34,265 nt of DNA, from contig CAZDUC010000001.1 of the NCBI GenBank assembly GCA_964508585.1, positions 6,921 to 41,185 of the forward strand, written 5' to 3'. Both the position numbers and the translations under genes were made by a program. The notes below the pieces were generated by a model that saw only the letters and a program-made list of their open reading frames with translations, was not told the DNA's origin and ran no database searches. This document shows positions 17,245 through 26,877 of this stretch, one piece after another. Origin of the DNA: an uncultured Candidatus Saccharibacteria bacterium (lineage in GTDB: Bacteria; Patescibacteriota; Minisyncoccia; Phycocordibacterales; UBA918). Numbering within the stretch: position 1 is the stretch's first letter; every line of letters starts with the position of its first letter.

Positions 17245-17297
17245 CCCTGTAGATTACTTCGCATATTACTATACTGAGCACTGTATACTAGCAGTAT

Positions 17298-18488
17298 ATG
17301 TTTCACCTTCGCCAGCACAGTAGCGATACTGTATATGGTGTGCTCATTGATATCAGCTCAGGCACCGTTGGTGTTGCTATTGTCTCATCGAAATTAGGAG
17401 AGAAACTACCACAACTTATTTACACCTACCGCAATACCATGCGGATTACGAAATATGGAGGTGAGAAATCAGAAAACATACGTAGAGTACGTGAAGCACT
17501 CTTCTCTGCATCGCTCACATTGTCGCAGGAGGGAGTAGGGGTATTGAGTAATCATGATGCACATGCAACCATCACAAAACTTTACATCACTTGCTCCGCA
17601 CCGTGGTCATTTACCATTGCTCGGACCGTTGATCTCAAGAATGATGATCCCATAAAAGTTACTGGAACAATTATCGATGATCTCATACAGAGCGCTGAGA
17701 CTGAAATACTCAATTATCTCCATACGCTTCCTGAGGTCAGTGAAGAAGAATTCAGTATTGTAGAGCGTACTTCAGTTGATTATCGCGTGAACGACTATCC
17801 AACAACACATCCAATTGGTCATACTGGCACTGAGCTCAGCTTGACACATATTGCTGGTCTTGTCCCACAGGATGTCATCGGCGTTGTAGAGGAGGTGCGG
17901 GAAAAACTATTTCCTCATATAGAACTCCATACGCATACATACATGTTGGTGATGTACTGCGTTGTACGTGACATGTTTCCTCATACACACACGATGTGTA
18001 TCGTCGATATCACGGGTGAAGCAACAGAGTTTGCTATTATCGAAGAGGGACTACTTGTTGAAAATACGTTTATTCCCGTAGGAAGTAATACATTCATTAG
18101 AGACATTATGTCCGCCACAGGAAAACCTTCTGCTGATATACAATCGTTTATATCAGGGACAGAGACTGGCTCTACAACTGATGCTTCATATGAGACGTAC
18201 AAGGATGCATATGAACAAGAAGTGTGTACTGCGCTTCAACATATACAAGAACGACATGCAATACCCAAAAAACTCATTGTTACGGTACAACAATCATACC
18301 AACACTTTTTCGAGCCGATGGTTATGAACGCGTTTGAAAAAACGATACATACGAGACCACATATGCTCGCGATTCGTAAAAGTAATACTGATATAGTGAT
18401 GCACGGTACCGGTGACGATATCTATCTCGCTATCTGTGCTCGGTTTTTCCACAAAATCCACGCATTGGGTGAGGTAGATTTACCGTAA
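17298..18488 (+). CDS. Divergent actin-fold (ASKHA) ATPase, FtsA/PilM-like
   Basis: Phosphate-1-like YGVLIDISSGTVGVAIV and phosphate-2-like CIVDITGEATEFAIIEEGLLVENTFIPVGSNTFIRDI (compare DIGGGTTD...IPxGG..it.DI of FtsA/PilM). The Gly-rich motifs are partly degenerate. Confidence 0.6.
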   Translation: MFHLRQHSSDTVYGVLIDISSGTVGVAIVSSKLGEKLPQLIYTYRNTMRITKYGGEKSENIRRVREALFSASLTLSQEGVGVLSNHDAHATITKLYITCSAPWSFTIARTVDLKNDDPIKVTGTIIDDLIQSAETEILNYLHTLPEVSEEEFSIVERTSVDYRVNDYPTTHPIGHTGTELSLTHIAGLVPQDVIGVVEEVREKLFPHIELHTHTYMLVMYCVVRDMFPHTHTMCIVDITGEATEFAIIEEGLLVENTFIPVGSNTFIRDIMSATGKPSADIQSFISGTETGSTTDASYETYKDAYEQEVCTALQHIQERHAIPKKLIVTVQQSYQHFFEPMVMNAFEKTIHTRPHMLAIRKSNTDIVMHGTGDDIYLAICARFFHKIHALGEVDLP

Positions 18489-18506
18489 GGGTATATACTT
18501 ATAGTT

Positions 18507-19847
18507 ATGGCACAAAAATGGAACTTACAAGATATTCGACCAGCATCTGCTCCCAAGCAACCTGTTCGAGAGTCAATTGACAAACGAACACACCAAGACA
18601 TTAGTCCGCGGGTACAGAAAGTTGCTCCAGTGGTGCATGAGGCATTCGATGACTCCGATCTTGAATCGATTGAGGTACTCGATGGTAATAGCGTTAAGCG
18701 CAAGCGTGTTGTCGTCACTGGAATCGTGTCTGTGATTATTATTGCCTCAGCAGTGATCGTAAATATTTTTCTTGGCGGAGCGGTCGTAACGGTCCATCCA
18801 AAAATAAAGGATACCGCTGTCCAATCAAACATACTTGCCTTTACTGAACCACAGGCTGACGAGCTTGGCTACGAAATGTTGTCACTTGAAGAGACTGGCG
18901 AGCGACAAGTGAAAGCAAGTGGAAAAGAGCCAGTGTCACTTCGTACAGAGGGAAAGATCTTTGTCTATAACACGAAAAGTACCGCGGTTCAACGTCTCAT
19001 CAAAAATACACGATTTGAAGATAAAAACGGCCTCATCTTCAGAATTAAGGAATCTATTGATGTTCCAGGAGCAACAAAAAATGCACAAGGTGAACTTGTT
19101 CCAGGAAGTGTCGTAGCAGAAGTCTTTGCAGACAGTACGGGAGAAAAATACAATATTCCACCATCAAAATTCACTGTCCCAGGTCTCAAAGGAAGTGATC
19201 AGTTTGACAGTGTATATGGGGAATCAACCACTGCATTCACAGGAGGGTATGAGGGAGAAAAGTTTATTATCGATGAGCAGGAGCTCAATACCGCTCAGCA
19301 ATCACTCCAGATGGAACTGCGAGATAAACTCATCGCACGACTTGCAACGGAAAAACCAGCAGGGTTTGTGGTGTTTAATGATGCAGTTACCTTTGCGTAC
19401 GAAACACTTCCCTCAACAGAGTACGGTGAATCCCTTGCAACAATCAAGCAAAAGGCTCGACTCAACATACCACTCTTTAAAGAGTCAGAATTTGCAAAGT
19501 ATCTTGCAAATTTGACCATTCCTGACTATGCGGGGGAGTCTGTTACGATTCCAAATCCACTTTCACTCACATTCTTGTACACGAATGCAACGACAAGCGT
19601 AAGTGATATCTCAATGAGTAAATCGATCGATATCACTCTCAAGGGGACTACTCGAATAGTTTGGACATTCGATGAGGAAAAACTCAAGGAAGCACTTGTT
19701 TCCAAGAAGAAGAGTGAAGCAACGCAGATTTTGAGTGATTACCGAACCTCGATTTCAAGCGCACAGACTGAATTACGACCTTTTTGGGCAAATTCATTCC
19801 CAGATTCACCAAGAAACATTACCATTAACACGGTTCTCGATAACTAA
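18507..19847 (+). CDS. Bitopic membrane protein with short cytoplasmic N-tail and large extracytoplasmic domain
   Basis: 446-aa ORF with a single TM (VVVTGIVSVIIIASAVIVNIFLGG) after about 65 cytoplasmic residues. Starts 18 nt after the actin-like gene. Confidence 0.7.
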   Translation: MAQKWNLQDIRPASAPKQPVRESIDKRTHQDISPRVQKVAPVVHEAFDDSDLESIEVLDGNSVKRKRVVVTGIVSVIIIASAVIVNIFLGGAVVTVHPKIKDTAVQSNILAFTEPQADELGYEMLSLEETGERQVKASGKEPVSLRTEGKIFVYNTKSTAVQRLIKNTRFEDKNGLIFRIKESIDVPGATKNAQGELVPGSVVAEVFADSTGEKYNIPPSKFTVPGLKGSDQFDSVYGESTTAFTGGYEGEKFIIDEQELNTAQQSLQMELRDKLIARLATEKPAGFVVFNDAVTFAYETLPSTEYGESLATIKQKARLNIPLFKESEFAKYLANLTIPDYAGESVTIPNPLSLTFLYTNATTSVSDISMSKSIDITLKGTTRIVWTFDEEKLKEALVSKKKSEATQILSDYRTSISSAQTELRPFWANSFPDSPRNITINTVLDN

Positions 19848-19872
19848 TTCAGGTATGTGTGAACTAGGTGTA

Positions 19873-19901
19873 TTGACTCTTTTTCGATTATTTGTTAAAC
19901 T
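19873..19901 (+). promoter_or_regulatory. Sigma-70-type promoter for the infA/ribosomal-protein/rpoA operon
   Basis: TTGACT (19873-19878), 17-nt spacer, TAAACT (19896-19901), 9-12 nt upstream of the infA start. Confidence 0.55.
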
Positions 19902-19913
19902 CACGGTCGTTTG

Positions 19914-20135
19914 ATGCAAGATAAATCAGACAAAGAACAACTCGTCTATGGAACTGTAGAGGAGGCGCTCCCTAATGCGCTTTTTCGAGTTATGATAGAT
20001 GGAGCTGACAAACCCACCATTGTGTACCTTGCTGGGAAAATGCGAAAGTATAAAATTCGCGTTCTTGTTGGTGACAGGGTAGCTATAGTCCCTGAGCCAT
20101 ATGGTGGTAAGGCACGAATCTCTAAACGTCTATAA
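19914..20135 (+). CDS. infA: Translation initiation factor IF-1
   Basis: S1-like fold sequence [18 protein letters not shown]...[40 protein letters not shown] at 19914; the ORF track uses the TTG at 19911. Confidence 0.93.
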   Translation: MQDKSDKEQLVYGTVEEALPNALFRVMIDGADKPTIVYLAGKMRKYKIRVLVGDRVAIVPEPYGGKARISKRL

Positions 20136-20137
20136 TT

Positions 20138-20254
20138 ATGAAAGTACGATCATCAGTCAAAAAAATTAGTCCAGACGACAAGATTGTTCGAAGACGCGGT
20201 GTTGTGTATGTTATCAATAAGAAAAAACCTCGTAATAAGCAACGACAAGGATAA
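20138..20254 (+). CDS. rpmJ: 50S ribosomal protein L36
   Basis: Not in the supplied ORF track. Hand translation gives [38 protein letters not shown], a classic L36 pattern, in the canonical slot between infA and rpsM. Confidence 0.9.
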   Translation: MKVRSSVKKISPDDKIVRRRGVVYVINKKKPRNKQRQG

Positions 20255-20256
20255 CT

Positions 20257-20634
20257 ATGAGAATTTCAGGTATTACAATTCCAGAATCAAAGCATCTTGA
20301 ATACGGTTTAACGGCAGTGTATGGCGTTGGACACTCAAGAGCACTTTCTATATTGAAGGAATTGAGCATTGATCCATACAAAACAGTAAAAGACCTCAGT
20401 ACAGAAGAAGAAAACGCAATTCGTGAGAAGGTAGAGTCATTTAGCATAGAAGGTGAACTCAAGCGTGAGGTTACCTCGAGTATCAAAAGACTCAAGGATA
20501 TTCAATCGTACCGAGGAAGTCGCCACATTAAGCATCTCCCTGCTCGTGGGCAACGCACAAAGACAAACTCACGTACCCTTAAAGGAGTGAAGAAGACCAT
20601 GGGTTCTGGTCGTCGTAAGCTTGAAAAGACCTAA
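20257..20634 (+). CDS. rpsM: 30S ribosomal protein S13
   Basis: MRISGITIPESKHLEYGLTAVYGVG...YRGSRHIKHLPARGQRTKTNSRT. Confidence 0.96.
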   Translation: MRISGITIPESKHLEYGLTAVYGVGHSRALSILKELSIDPYKTVKDLSTEEENAIREKVESFSIEGELKREVTSSIKRLKDIQSYRGSRHIKHLPARGQRTKTNSRTLKGVKKTMGSGRRKLEKT

Positions 20635-20669
20635 TTTGTATTTGATTATCTACTAACGATTGTCCTCAT

Positions 20670-21098
20670 ATGGGAAAGAAACGAATTATCAAAAAAGGAG
20701 GGAGTGACGCAAACGCATCATCGCGTGCGCTTGCTCGTATACCGAAGAAGAAAATTGCGAACGGCACGCTCAATATTCTTGCAACCTTCAACAATACAAT
20801 ACTCACACTTTGTGACACGAAGGGTAATGCACTCGTTGCTGCGTCGAGTGGTGCTATTGGTTTCAAGGGTTCACGAAAGAGTACCCCTTTTGCAGCCGCT
20901 AAGGTGGGTGAAATTGTCGGAGACAAGGCTTCTCAAATGGGTATGAAAGAAGCTGATGTTGTTATTCGCGGTATTGGCGCAGGTCGTGAATCAGCACTTC
21001 GAGGATTTTCAAGCAAAGGTATCTCTATTACAAGCATCGCTGACAGGACACCGGTACCACATAACGGTCCACGGGCACCTAAGCCACGGAGAATCTAA
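20670..21098 (+). CDS. rpsK: 30S ribosomal protein S11
   Basis: ATFNNTILTLCDTKGN...SSGAIGFKGSRKSTPFAA...TPVPHNGPRAPKPRR. Confidence 0.96.
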   Translation: MGKKRIIKKGGSDANASSRALARIPKKKIANGTLNILATFNNTILTLCDTKGNALVAASSGAIGFKGSRKSTPFAAAKVGEIVGDKASQMGMKEADVVIRGIGAGRESALRGFSSKGISITSIADRTPVPHNGPRAPKPRRI

Positions 21099-21110
21099 TA
21101 TGATACGTAT

Positions 21111-21725
21111 ATGATAATCGGTCCAAAATATAAAATTGCAAAGCGACTCGGAGCACCTATCTTCGAGAAAACTCAAACACAGAAATTTGCACTTTCTGAG
21201 GCAAATTCAGCGCGCAACAAAACCCGAAAAGGGAGAGGTGGAATGATGTCTGACTATAAGAAGCAACTTATAGAAAAGCAAAAGATGCGATTCAGTTATG
21301 GTGTCTCTGAAAAACAGTTTTCTGGGTACGTCCAAGAATCTTTTGAAAAAGGAAATCAGCCAATCAATTCTCTCATTGCACGGCTCGAGTCACGTCTCGA
21401 TAATGTGGTATGTAGACTTGGTCTTGCAAAGACACGTCGACTTGCCCGACAAATCGTGTCTCATGGTCACATCTGTGTCAATGGGCGTCGTCTCAATATT
21501 CCTTCTCACAAAGTAAATATTGGTGATGTCATTTCAGTCCGCGAGCAGAGCAAGCAATCACCACTTTTTGTCACACTTCCTGAAACACTTGCGTCACACA
21601 CCGCACCGCACTGGCTTCAACTCAATGCAAAAGAACTTTCTGGTGAGAAAAAGGCCGAACCAACATATGAGCCTTCTGAAACACTGTTTGATCCACAGCA
21701 AGTCCTTGAGTATTACAGTCGTTAA
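21111..21725 (+). CDS. rpsD: 30S ribosomal protein S4
   Basis: GPKYKIAKRLG..., S4 RNA-binding domain RLDNVVCRLGLAKTRRLARQIVSHGHICVNGRRLNIPSHKV. Confidence 0.95.
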   Translation: MIIGPKYKIAKRLGAPIFEKTQTQKFALSEANSARNKTRKGRGGMMSDYKKQLIEKQKMRFSYGVSEKQFSGYVQESFEKGNQPINSLIARLESRLDNVVCRLGLAKTRRLARQIVSHGHICVNGRRLNIPSHKVNIGDVISVREQSKQSPLFVTLPETLASHTAPHWLQLNAKELSGEKKAEPTYEPSETLFDPQQVLEYYSR

Positions 21726-21750
21726 TAATTAATACCTTAACTAACGTACT

Positions 21751-22722
21751 ATGCTTGAAACCAACGTAGCATTACCCTCAAAACCACGAGTAATCAAAGA
21801 GGAAGAATTCTCTGGGATTTTTGAAATTGATGGGCTGTACCCAGGGTACGGACATACGCTCGGTAACTCACTTCGTCGAATCATTCTTTCTTCACTTCCA
21901 GGCGCAGCAATCACACAGGTGAAGTTTGATGGTGTTGAACATGAGTTTTCAACTATCGCTGGGGTCAAAGAGGATGTTATTACTATACTACTCAACCTCA
22001 AGCGTGTACGTTTGCTGATGCATAGTGACACTCCACTCACTCTCACCCTCAAAGCATCAGGTGCACAAGTAGTAACTGCAGCAGATATTACTGTTCCAAG
22101 CCAGGTAACGATTCTCAATCCAGAACAGCCAATTGCAGAGATCACCGAGAAGGGTACAACACTCAGCATCGAACTCACTCTCGAACATGGTTTGGGGTAC
22201 GTTCCTCGTGAGGTACACCAAAAGGAAAAGGTTGATATCGGTGCGATTGCCCTCGATGCAGTATTCACTCCAATTCGTCGTGTGAACTACGAGGTAGAGA
22301 ATATGCGTGTCGGCGAGCGCACAGACTACAACCGTCTCCGAGTTTTTATTGAGACTGATGGAACACTCACCCCACGTGAAGCGCTTGAAAACTCAATTGA
22401 AATCATGATTCATCAGCTCAAGGCAATCATTGGCTTTCAAGATGCGCTTCAGAAGCGAACCGAAGAAGCCCATGAAGATGAATCAGACCATGCTGTAGAA
22501 GAGGTAGAATCAATCGATGCAGATGTGCTCAAGACACGCATTGAAACACTTGATTTTTCGACACGAACGCTCTCAGCACTCGAGAATGCAAATATCAGAA
22601 CGCTCGGTGGACTTGTGCGTAAGAAAAAAGATGATATCCTAGCCCTTGATGGCATTGGTCCAAAAGGGGTTGAGGAGCTTGAATCTATTCTTGCCAAGAT
22701 GCACCTAGGATTTAAGGAATAA
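21751..22722 (+). CDS. rpoA: DNA-directed RNA polymerase alpha subunit
   Basis: N-terminal domain [22 protein letters not shown]. C-terminal domain [23 protein letters not shown]. Canonical position after rpsD. Confidence 0.96.
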   Translation: [323 protein letters not shown]

Positions 22723-22723
22723 T

Positions 22724-23077
22724 ATGCGACACAGTAATCAAAACAGAACATTTGGACGTTCACGTAGCCAGCGCACTGCGCTTTTACGCGGGCTTGCACT
22801 TTCACTTGTTGAACATGGAAAAATCCAGACCACAGAAGCAAAAGCAAAGGAGCTTCGTCCCTATGTTGAGAAGCTCATTACCAAGGGAAAGAATGACACC
22901 GTTGCTTCACGCCGATTAGTCATGAGCACCTTGGGTGAACCACACACAGACACTGTACAGAAACTGTTTAGTGAAGTGGCAAAACGCTATGCAGAACGAT
23001 CCGGGGGATACACACGTATTATTAAATTAGGTGAAACGAAGGCAGGTCGTCGAGAGGCGTACATTGAGCTTGTATAA
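22724..23077 (+). CDS. rplQ: 50S ribosomal protein L17
   Basis: MRHSNQNRTFGRSRSQRTALLRGLALSLVEHGKIQTTEAKAKELRPYVEKLIT. Confidence 0.95.
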   Translation: MRHSNQNRTFGRSRSQRTALLRGLALSLVEHGKIQTTEAKAKELRPYVEKLITKGKNDTVASRRLVMSTLGEPHTDTVQKLFSEVAKRYAERSGGYTRIIKLGETKAGRREAYIELV

Positions 23078-23081
23078 CGGT

Positions 23082-23432
23082 ATGGAAAAGAAAGAATTCA
23101 TTATTGATGCATCAGGAAAGCGACTCGGTCGTCTTGGTACTGAAGTGGCAACAATTCTCCTCGGAAAGAACACAACTCACTTTGCAAAAAATGTGGTTGA
23201 GCCAGTCGTGGTTAAGGTTACGAATGCTCGGCTTTTAGATATTACTGAAAAACGAGGGAAGGGGGAATTTCAGACTTACTCAGGATATCCTGGAGGACGT
23301 CGCGTGGAGAGCGTCGCACACCTTGGGACACGACTTGGATATAGTGAGGTCGTACGTCGTGTTATTAGTGGTATGCTTCCAAAAAACAGACTCCACGCAC
23401 TACGCATGAATAATCTTGAAGTAACTGAATAA
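23082..23432 (+). CDS. rplM: 50S ribosomal protein L13
   Basis: IIDASGKRLGRLGTEVATILLGK...GYPGG...MLPKN. Start moved to Met 23082 so that it no longer overlaps rplQ. Confidence 0.93.
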   Translation: MEKKEFIIDASGKRLGRLGTEVATILLGKNTTHFAKNVVEPVVVKVTNARLLDITEKRGKGEFQTYSGYPGGRRVESVAHLGTRLGYSEVVRRVISGMLPKNRLHALRMNNLEVTE

Positions 23433-23839
23433 TGGATATGGCAACGAAACAATATACAGAAGGAATCGGAAGACGAAAGACAGCGACAGCTCGCGTTCGT
23501 ATTGTGAAATCAGCTGAACAGCGCGTGCTCGTCAATGAAAAACCCGTTGCAGAGTACTTCCACTCAGCAACACTTCAAAAGAATCTTTTGACAGTACTCG
23601 ACACTAAGGATGCTGGAATTGACACCTATGAAATTAGCGCACATGTGCAAGGAGGTGGACTCAGTGCACAATCAGATGCTATCAAGCTTGGCATTGCACG
23701 AGCACTCGTAAAGGAGAGTAGTGCACGCCGTACAGCACTCAAGAAGTCAGGCTTCCTCAAGCGCGATTCTCGAGCTGTTGAGAGAAAGAAATTTGGACTC
23801 CGAAAAGCTCGCCGTAGCCCACAGTGGAGTAAAAGATAA
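23432..23839 (+). CDS. rpsI: 30S ribosomal protein S9
   Basis: GIGRRKTATARVRI...GGGLSAQSDAIKLGIARAL...RKARRSPQWSKR. TAATG overlap with rplM. Confidence 0.95.
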   Translation: MDMATKQYTEGIGRRKTATARVRIVKSAEQRVLVNEKPVAEYFHSATLQKNLLTVLDTKDAGIDTYEISAHVQGGGLSAQSDAIKLGIARALVKESSARRTALKKSGFLKRDSRAVERKKFGLRKARRSPQWSKR

Positions 23840-23914
23840 TTTCTTATCTTTTACTCTGATCCTGACCTTAGTCAGGAATTTCCGATGCCGTCTAGGTAAG
23901 GAAATAGGAGGACG

Positions 23915-23955
23915 AAACGCTAAAAAGGCTCCTCTACGGAGCCTTTTTAGCGTTT
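23915..23955 (+). terminator. Intrinsic terminator closing the ribosomal-protein operon
   Basis: AAACGCTAAAAAGGCTCC-tctac-GGAGCCTTTTTAGCGTTT, a long near-perfect stem ending in a T-run. Confidence 0.75.
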
Positions 23956-24139
23956 CGAAGCCACAGTACTGTTTTTGACTTTCATTATGTCAAAGATAAG
24001 CGAGACGTGCTTAAGAGTGCTTAGTAAAATCAGAGCGTAGCGAATGATTGTACTTAGCAACTCGGAGGAAGCAATGTCTAACATACTCCATGTATTGGAA
24101 TATTTCCCTTTTATATTCACCGCTCACATGATTACAAAA

Positions 24140-24159
24140 TATTCCCATTAATGGGAATA
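24140..24159. promoter_or_regulatory. Perfect 20-bp palindrome, candidate operator upstream of grpE-dnaK-dnaJ
   Basis: TATTCCCATTAATGGGAATA is its own reverse complement (checked by hand). It lies about 140 nt upstream of the grpE start in a ~330-bp ORF-poor region. Confidence 0.3.
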
Positions 24160-24300
24160 GTCTGATGAACATTACTTTCTACACGACTACGCAATTGAGT
24201 AATAGTGTAGGCATATCTTTCACATATCAAGCTCATAGTACAGAGTGTGTATTCAAATACGTATCCATGCACAAAGTTCAGTGAATAGGTGAATTTTGAC

Positions 24301-24924
24301 ATGAGTAAAATTCATCTATATAATACGGAAGTTATGGTAGATACAAACAATTCACAACGTGATGTAGAGGAAGAGGTTGTAGAGGAGGATACATTTATTG
24401 AGCATGAAGATCTTGAGCTCGAAGATGAGGAGCTATCCATGCAGGATAAACTCAAGATTGTACGAGAAAAGTTGAAAGCGTGCGAAGCAGAAAAGCAGAC
24501 CTATCTCGATGACCTCCAGAGAGCGCGTGCCGATTTTCTCAACAGTAGACGTCGATTAGAGGAGCAACTCGCGCGTGATAAGGAGCGAGCCACTGATAAA
24601 ATCTTAACCGAACTTCTCACCATTGCAGATAGTTTTGATAGCGCAATGGCAGATAGAACGCTCTGGGATACGCTTCCCGCCACATGGAAAACGGGAGTTG
24701 AAGCGATTCATGCAAAACTCATCTCAATGCTTCGAAGTAATCAGGTGACATCAATAAATCCACTCGGAGCACCATTTAACCCTGAGGAGCATGAAGCAGT
24801 TTCAAATAGCCCCGTGACAGATGCGACTCAGGTAGATATGGTCGTTTCCGTCCTTCAGAAAGGTTATAAACGGAATGCAGATATCTTACGGCCAGCACGA
24901 GTAGTCGTGGGAGTAGACCATTAA
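24301..24924 (+). CDS. grpE: Nucleotide exchange factor GrpE
   Basis: Coiled-coil N-half, LTELLTIADSFDSAM, and NPLGAPFNPEEHEAV. ATG at 24301 preferred over the GTG at 24289. Confidence 0.92.
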   Translation: MSKIHLYNTEVMVDTNNSQRDVEEEVVEEDTFIEHEDLELEDEELSMQDKLKIVREKLKACEAEKQTYLDDLQRARADFLNSRRRLEEQLARDKERATDKILTELLTIADSFDSAMADRTLWDTLPATWKTGVEAIHAKLISMLRSNQVTSINPLGAPFNPEEHEAVSNSPVTDATQVDMVVSVLQKGYKRNADILRPARVVVGVDH

Positions 24925-24954
24925 AAATTATTCAATAATATTTCATATAACGTT

Positions 24955-26856
24955 ATGGCAAAAATACTTGGTATTGATCTTGGAACAACAAATTCAGCAA
25001 TGGCGATTATTGAAGGTGGAGAACCAACCATTATTGAAAATGCAGAAGGGAATCGCACCACGCCGTCTATAGTCGCAATCTCAAAGACAGGCGAACGACT
25101 TGCAGGGCAAATTGCAAAAAGACAAGCAGTGACAAATCCAAAGAATACCATCTATGGTATTAAGCGATTCATGGGGCACAATTTTGACGAGCAAGCGGTC
25201 CAAAGTGACAAGGCGATTGTCCCCTATGAGGTAAAGAAGGGGGATGATAATGGTGTCATTGTGCATCTTGGTGAGAAAGATTATCGACCAGAGGAAGTCT
25301 CTGCGATGATTCTCTCAAAACTCAAAGCTGATGCAGAGGCAAAACTTGGTGAAAAAATCACTGAGGCCGTCATTACCGTACCGGCGTATTTTAATGACGC
25401 ACAACGAAAAGCAACACAGGATGCGGGTAAGATTGCAGGACTCGATGTGAAGCGTATCATCAATGAACCAACGGCAGCGGCGCTCGCGTATGGGTTTAAC
25501 AAAAAGAAAGAAGAAAAAATTGTCGTATACGATTTTGGAGGAGGTACCTTCGACGTGACCGTCCTTGAAGTAGGTGACGATGTCATTGAGGTGCAGTCAA
25601 CAGACGGTGATTCACACATGGGAGGGCGCGACATTGATCAGGGTATTGTCCATTACTTTATTGATGAGTTTAAGAAGACCAATGGCGTTGATCTTGGAAA
25701 AGATAAGCTTGCACTTCAGCGACTCGATGAAGCTGCTGAAAAAGCGAAGCATGAGCTTTCTTCTACTGCTGAGACAGATATCAACATTCCATTCATCTCA
25801 CAGGGGGAAGATGGCCCACTTCATATGGACCTTAAGCTCACGAGGGCAAAGCTCGAGGAAATCGCTCACGAGTATGTGGCTCGTTCGATTGAAATCACCA
25901 AGCGAGCGCTCGAAGCATCATCTCTCAAAAAAGAAGAGATTGACGAAATTATTCTTGTCGGAGGACAAACACGTATGCCCGCGATTGTGCAGGCAGTGCG
26001 AGAACTCTTTGGGAAGGAGCCAAACAAGTCGGTAAACCCAGATGAGGTGGTGGCACTCGGTGCAGCAATCCAGGCAGGAATTTTCCAAGGTGATATTCAT
26101 GACATTACGCTCGTTGATGTGATTCCACTCTCACTCGGTATCGAAACGATGGGAGGAGTATCAACGAAGCTTGTTGAAAAGAACACACACATTCCAACAA
26201 AGCGTGAGCAGGTGTTCTCAACCGCTGCAGACAATCAGACATCTGTTGAAATTCATATCACCCAGGGCGAACGTCCTATGGCAAGTGATAATAAGTCCCT
26301 TGGACGATTTATTCTTGATGGTATTCCTCCAGCACCACGAGGCATGCCACAGGTAGAAGTGATCTTTGATGTCGACAGCAATGGTGTCCTCAACGTAACC
26401 GCCCGTGACAAGTCGACCAACAAAGAACAAAAAATCCGCATCGAAGCAAACTCTGGTCTCACCCCGGAAGATATTGAGCGTATGAAGAAAGAGGCAGAAG
26501 ACCATGCAGGAGATGACCTCAAGAAAAAGGAATTAATCGAATCACGAAATCTAGCTGATCAGATGCTCTATACCGCAGAAAAAGCACTCACTGATCACAA
26601 GGATGCGGTCAGTCCTGAAATCAAGGCCGGTGTTGAAGAAAAAATCAAGGCACTCAAAGACGTGAAAGATAAGGATGATAACGATGCCATTAAGTCTAAG
26701 ACACAGGAGCTTTCTACTGAAATGCAAAAAATTGGTGAAGCAATGCAAAAGAGCGCTTCACAGACACAGCCCACTGGAGAAGAAAATGGATCGAAGCCAG
26801 AAGATAATATTCGTGATGCAGAAATGGGTGATGAGGGAGCAAGCAAGTCAAATTAG
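24955..26856 (+). CDS. dnaK: Molecular chaperone DnaK (Hsp70)
   Basis: [19 protein letters not shown] and VGGQTRMP signatures; 633 aa. Confidence 0.98.
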   Translation: MAKILGIDLGTTNSAMAIIEGGEPTIIENAEGNRTTPSIVAISKTGERLAGQIAKRQAVTNPKNTIYGIKRFMGHNFDEQAVQSDKAIVPYEVKKGDDNGVIVHLGEKDYRPEEVSAMILSKLKADAEAKLGEKITEAVITVPAYFNDAQRKATQDAGKIAGLDVKRIINEPTAAALAYGFNKKKEEKIVVYDFGGGTFDVTVLEVGDDVIEVQSTDGDSHMGGRDIDQGIVHYFIDEFKKTNGVDLGKDKLALQRLDEAAEKAKHELSSTAETDINIPFISQGEDGPLHMDLKLTRAKLEEIAHEYVARSIEITKRALEASSLKKEEIDEIILVGGQTRMPAIVQAVRELFGKEPNKSVNPDEVVALGAAIQAGIFQGDIHDITLVDVIPLSLGIETMGGVSTKLVEKNTHIPTKREQVFSTAADNQTSVEIHITQGERPMASDNKSLGRFILDGIPPAPRGMPQVEVIFDVDSNGVLNVTARDKSTNKEQKIRIEANSGLTPEDIERMKKEAEDHAGDDLKKKELIESRNLADQMLYTAEKALTDHKDAVSPEIKAGVEEKIKALKDVKDKDDNDAIKSKTQELSTEMQKIGEAMQKSASQTQPTGEENGSKPEDNIRDAEMGDEGASKSN

Positions 26857-26877
26857 CCATACACATAACACTGCACT

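Noticed and set aside
21741-22268. 175-aa minus-strand ORF antisense to rpoA; similar cases at 13083-13646 (in the M16 gene), 14016-14516, 25281-25634 (in dnaK) and 27244-27798 (in dnaJ)
   Set aside because: All lie entirely within high-confidence conserved genes on the opposite strand and show no family signature.
23862-23877. Short hairpin CCTGAC-ctta-GTCAGG just after rpsI as the operon terminator
   Set aside because: It has only a 6-bp stem and no T-tract. The much stronger hairpin at 23915-23955 is the better terminator candidate.
24008-24090. Possible CIRCE (HrcA) operator upstream of grpE
   Set aside because: Only isolated degenerate half-sites are present (GAGTGCTTA; TTAGCAACTC with an extra base). 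The expected partner half-site 9 nt away matches at only 4-5 of 9 positions when checked by hand, and no hrcA gene is adjacent.
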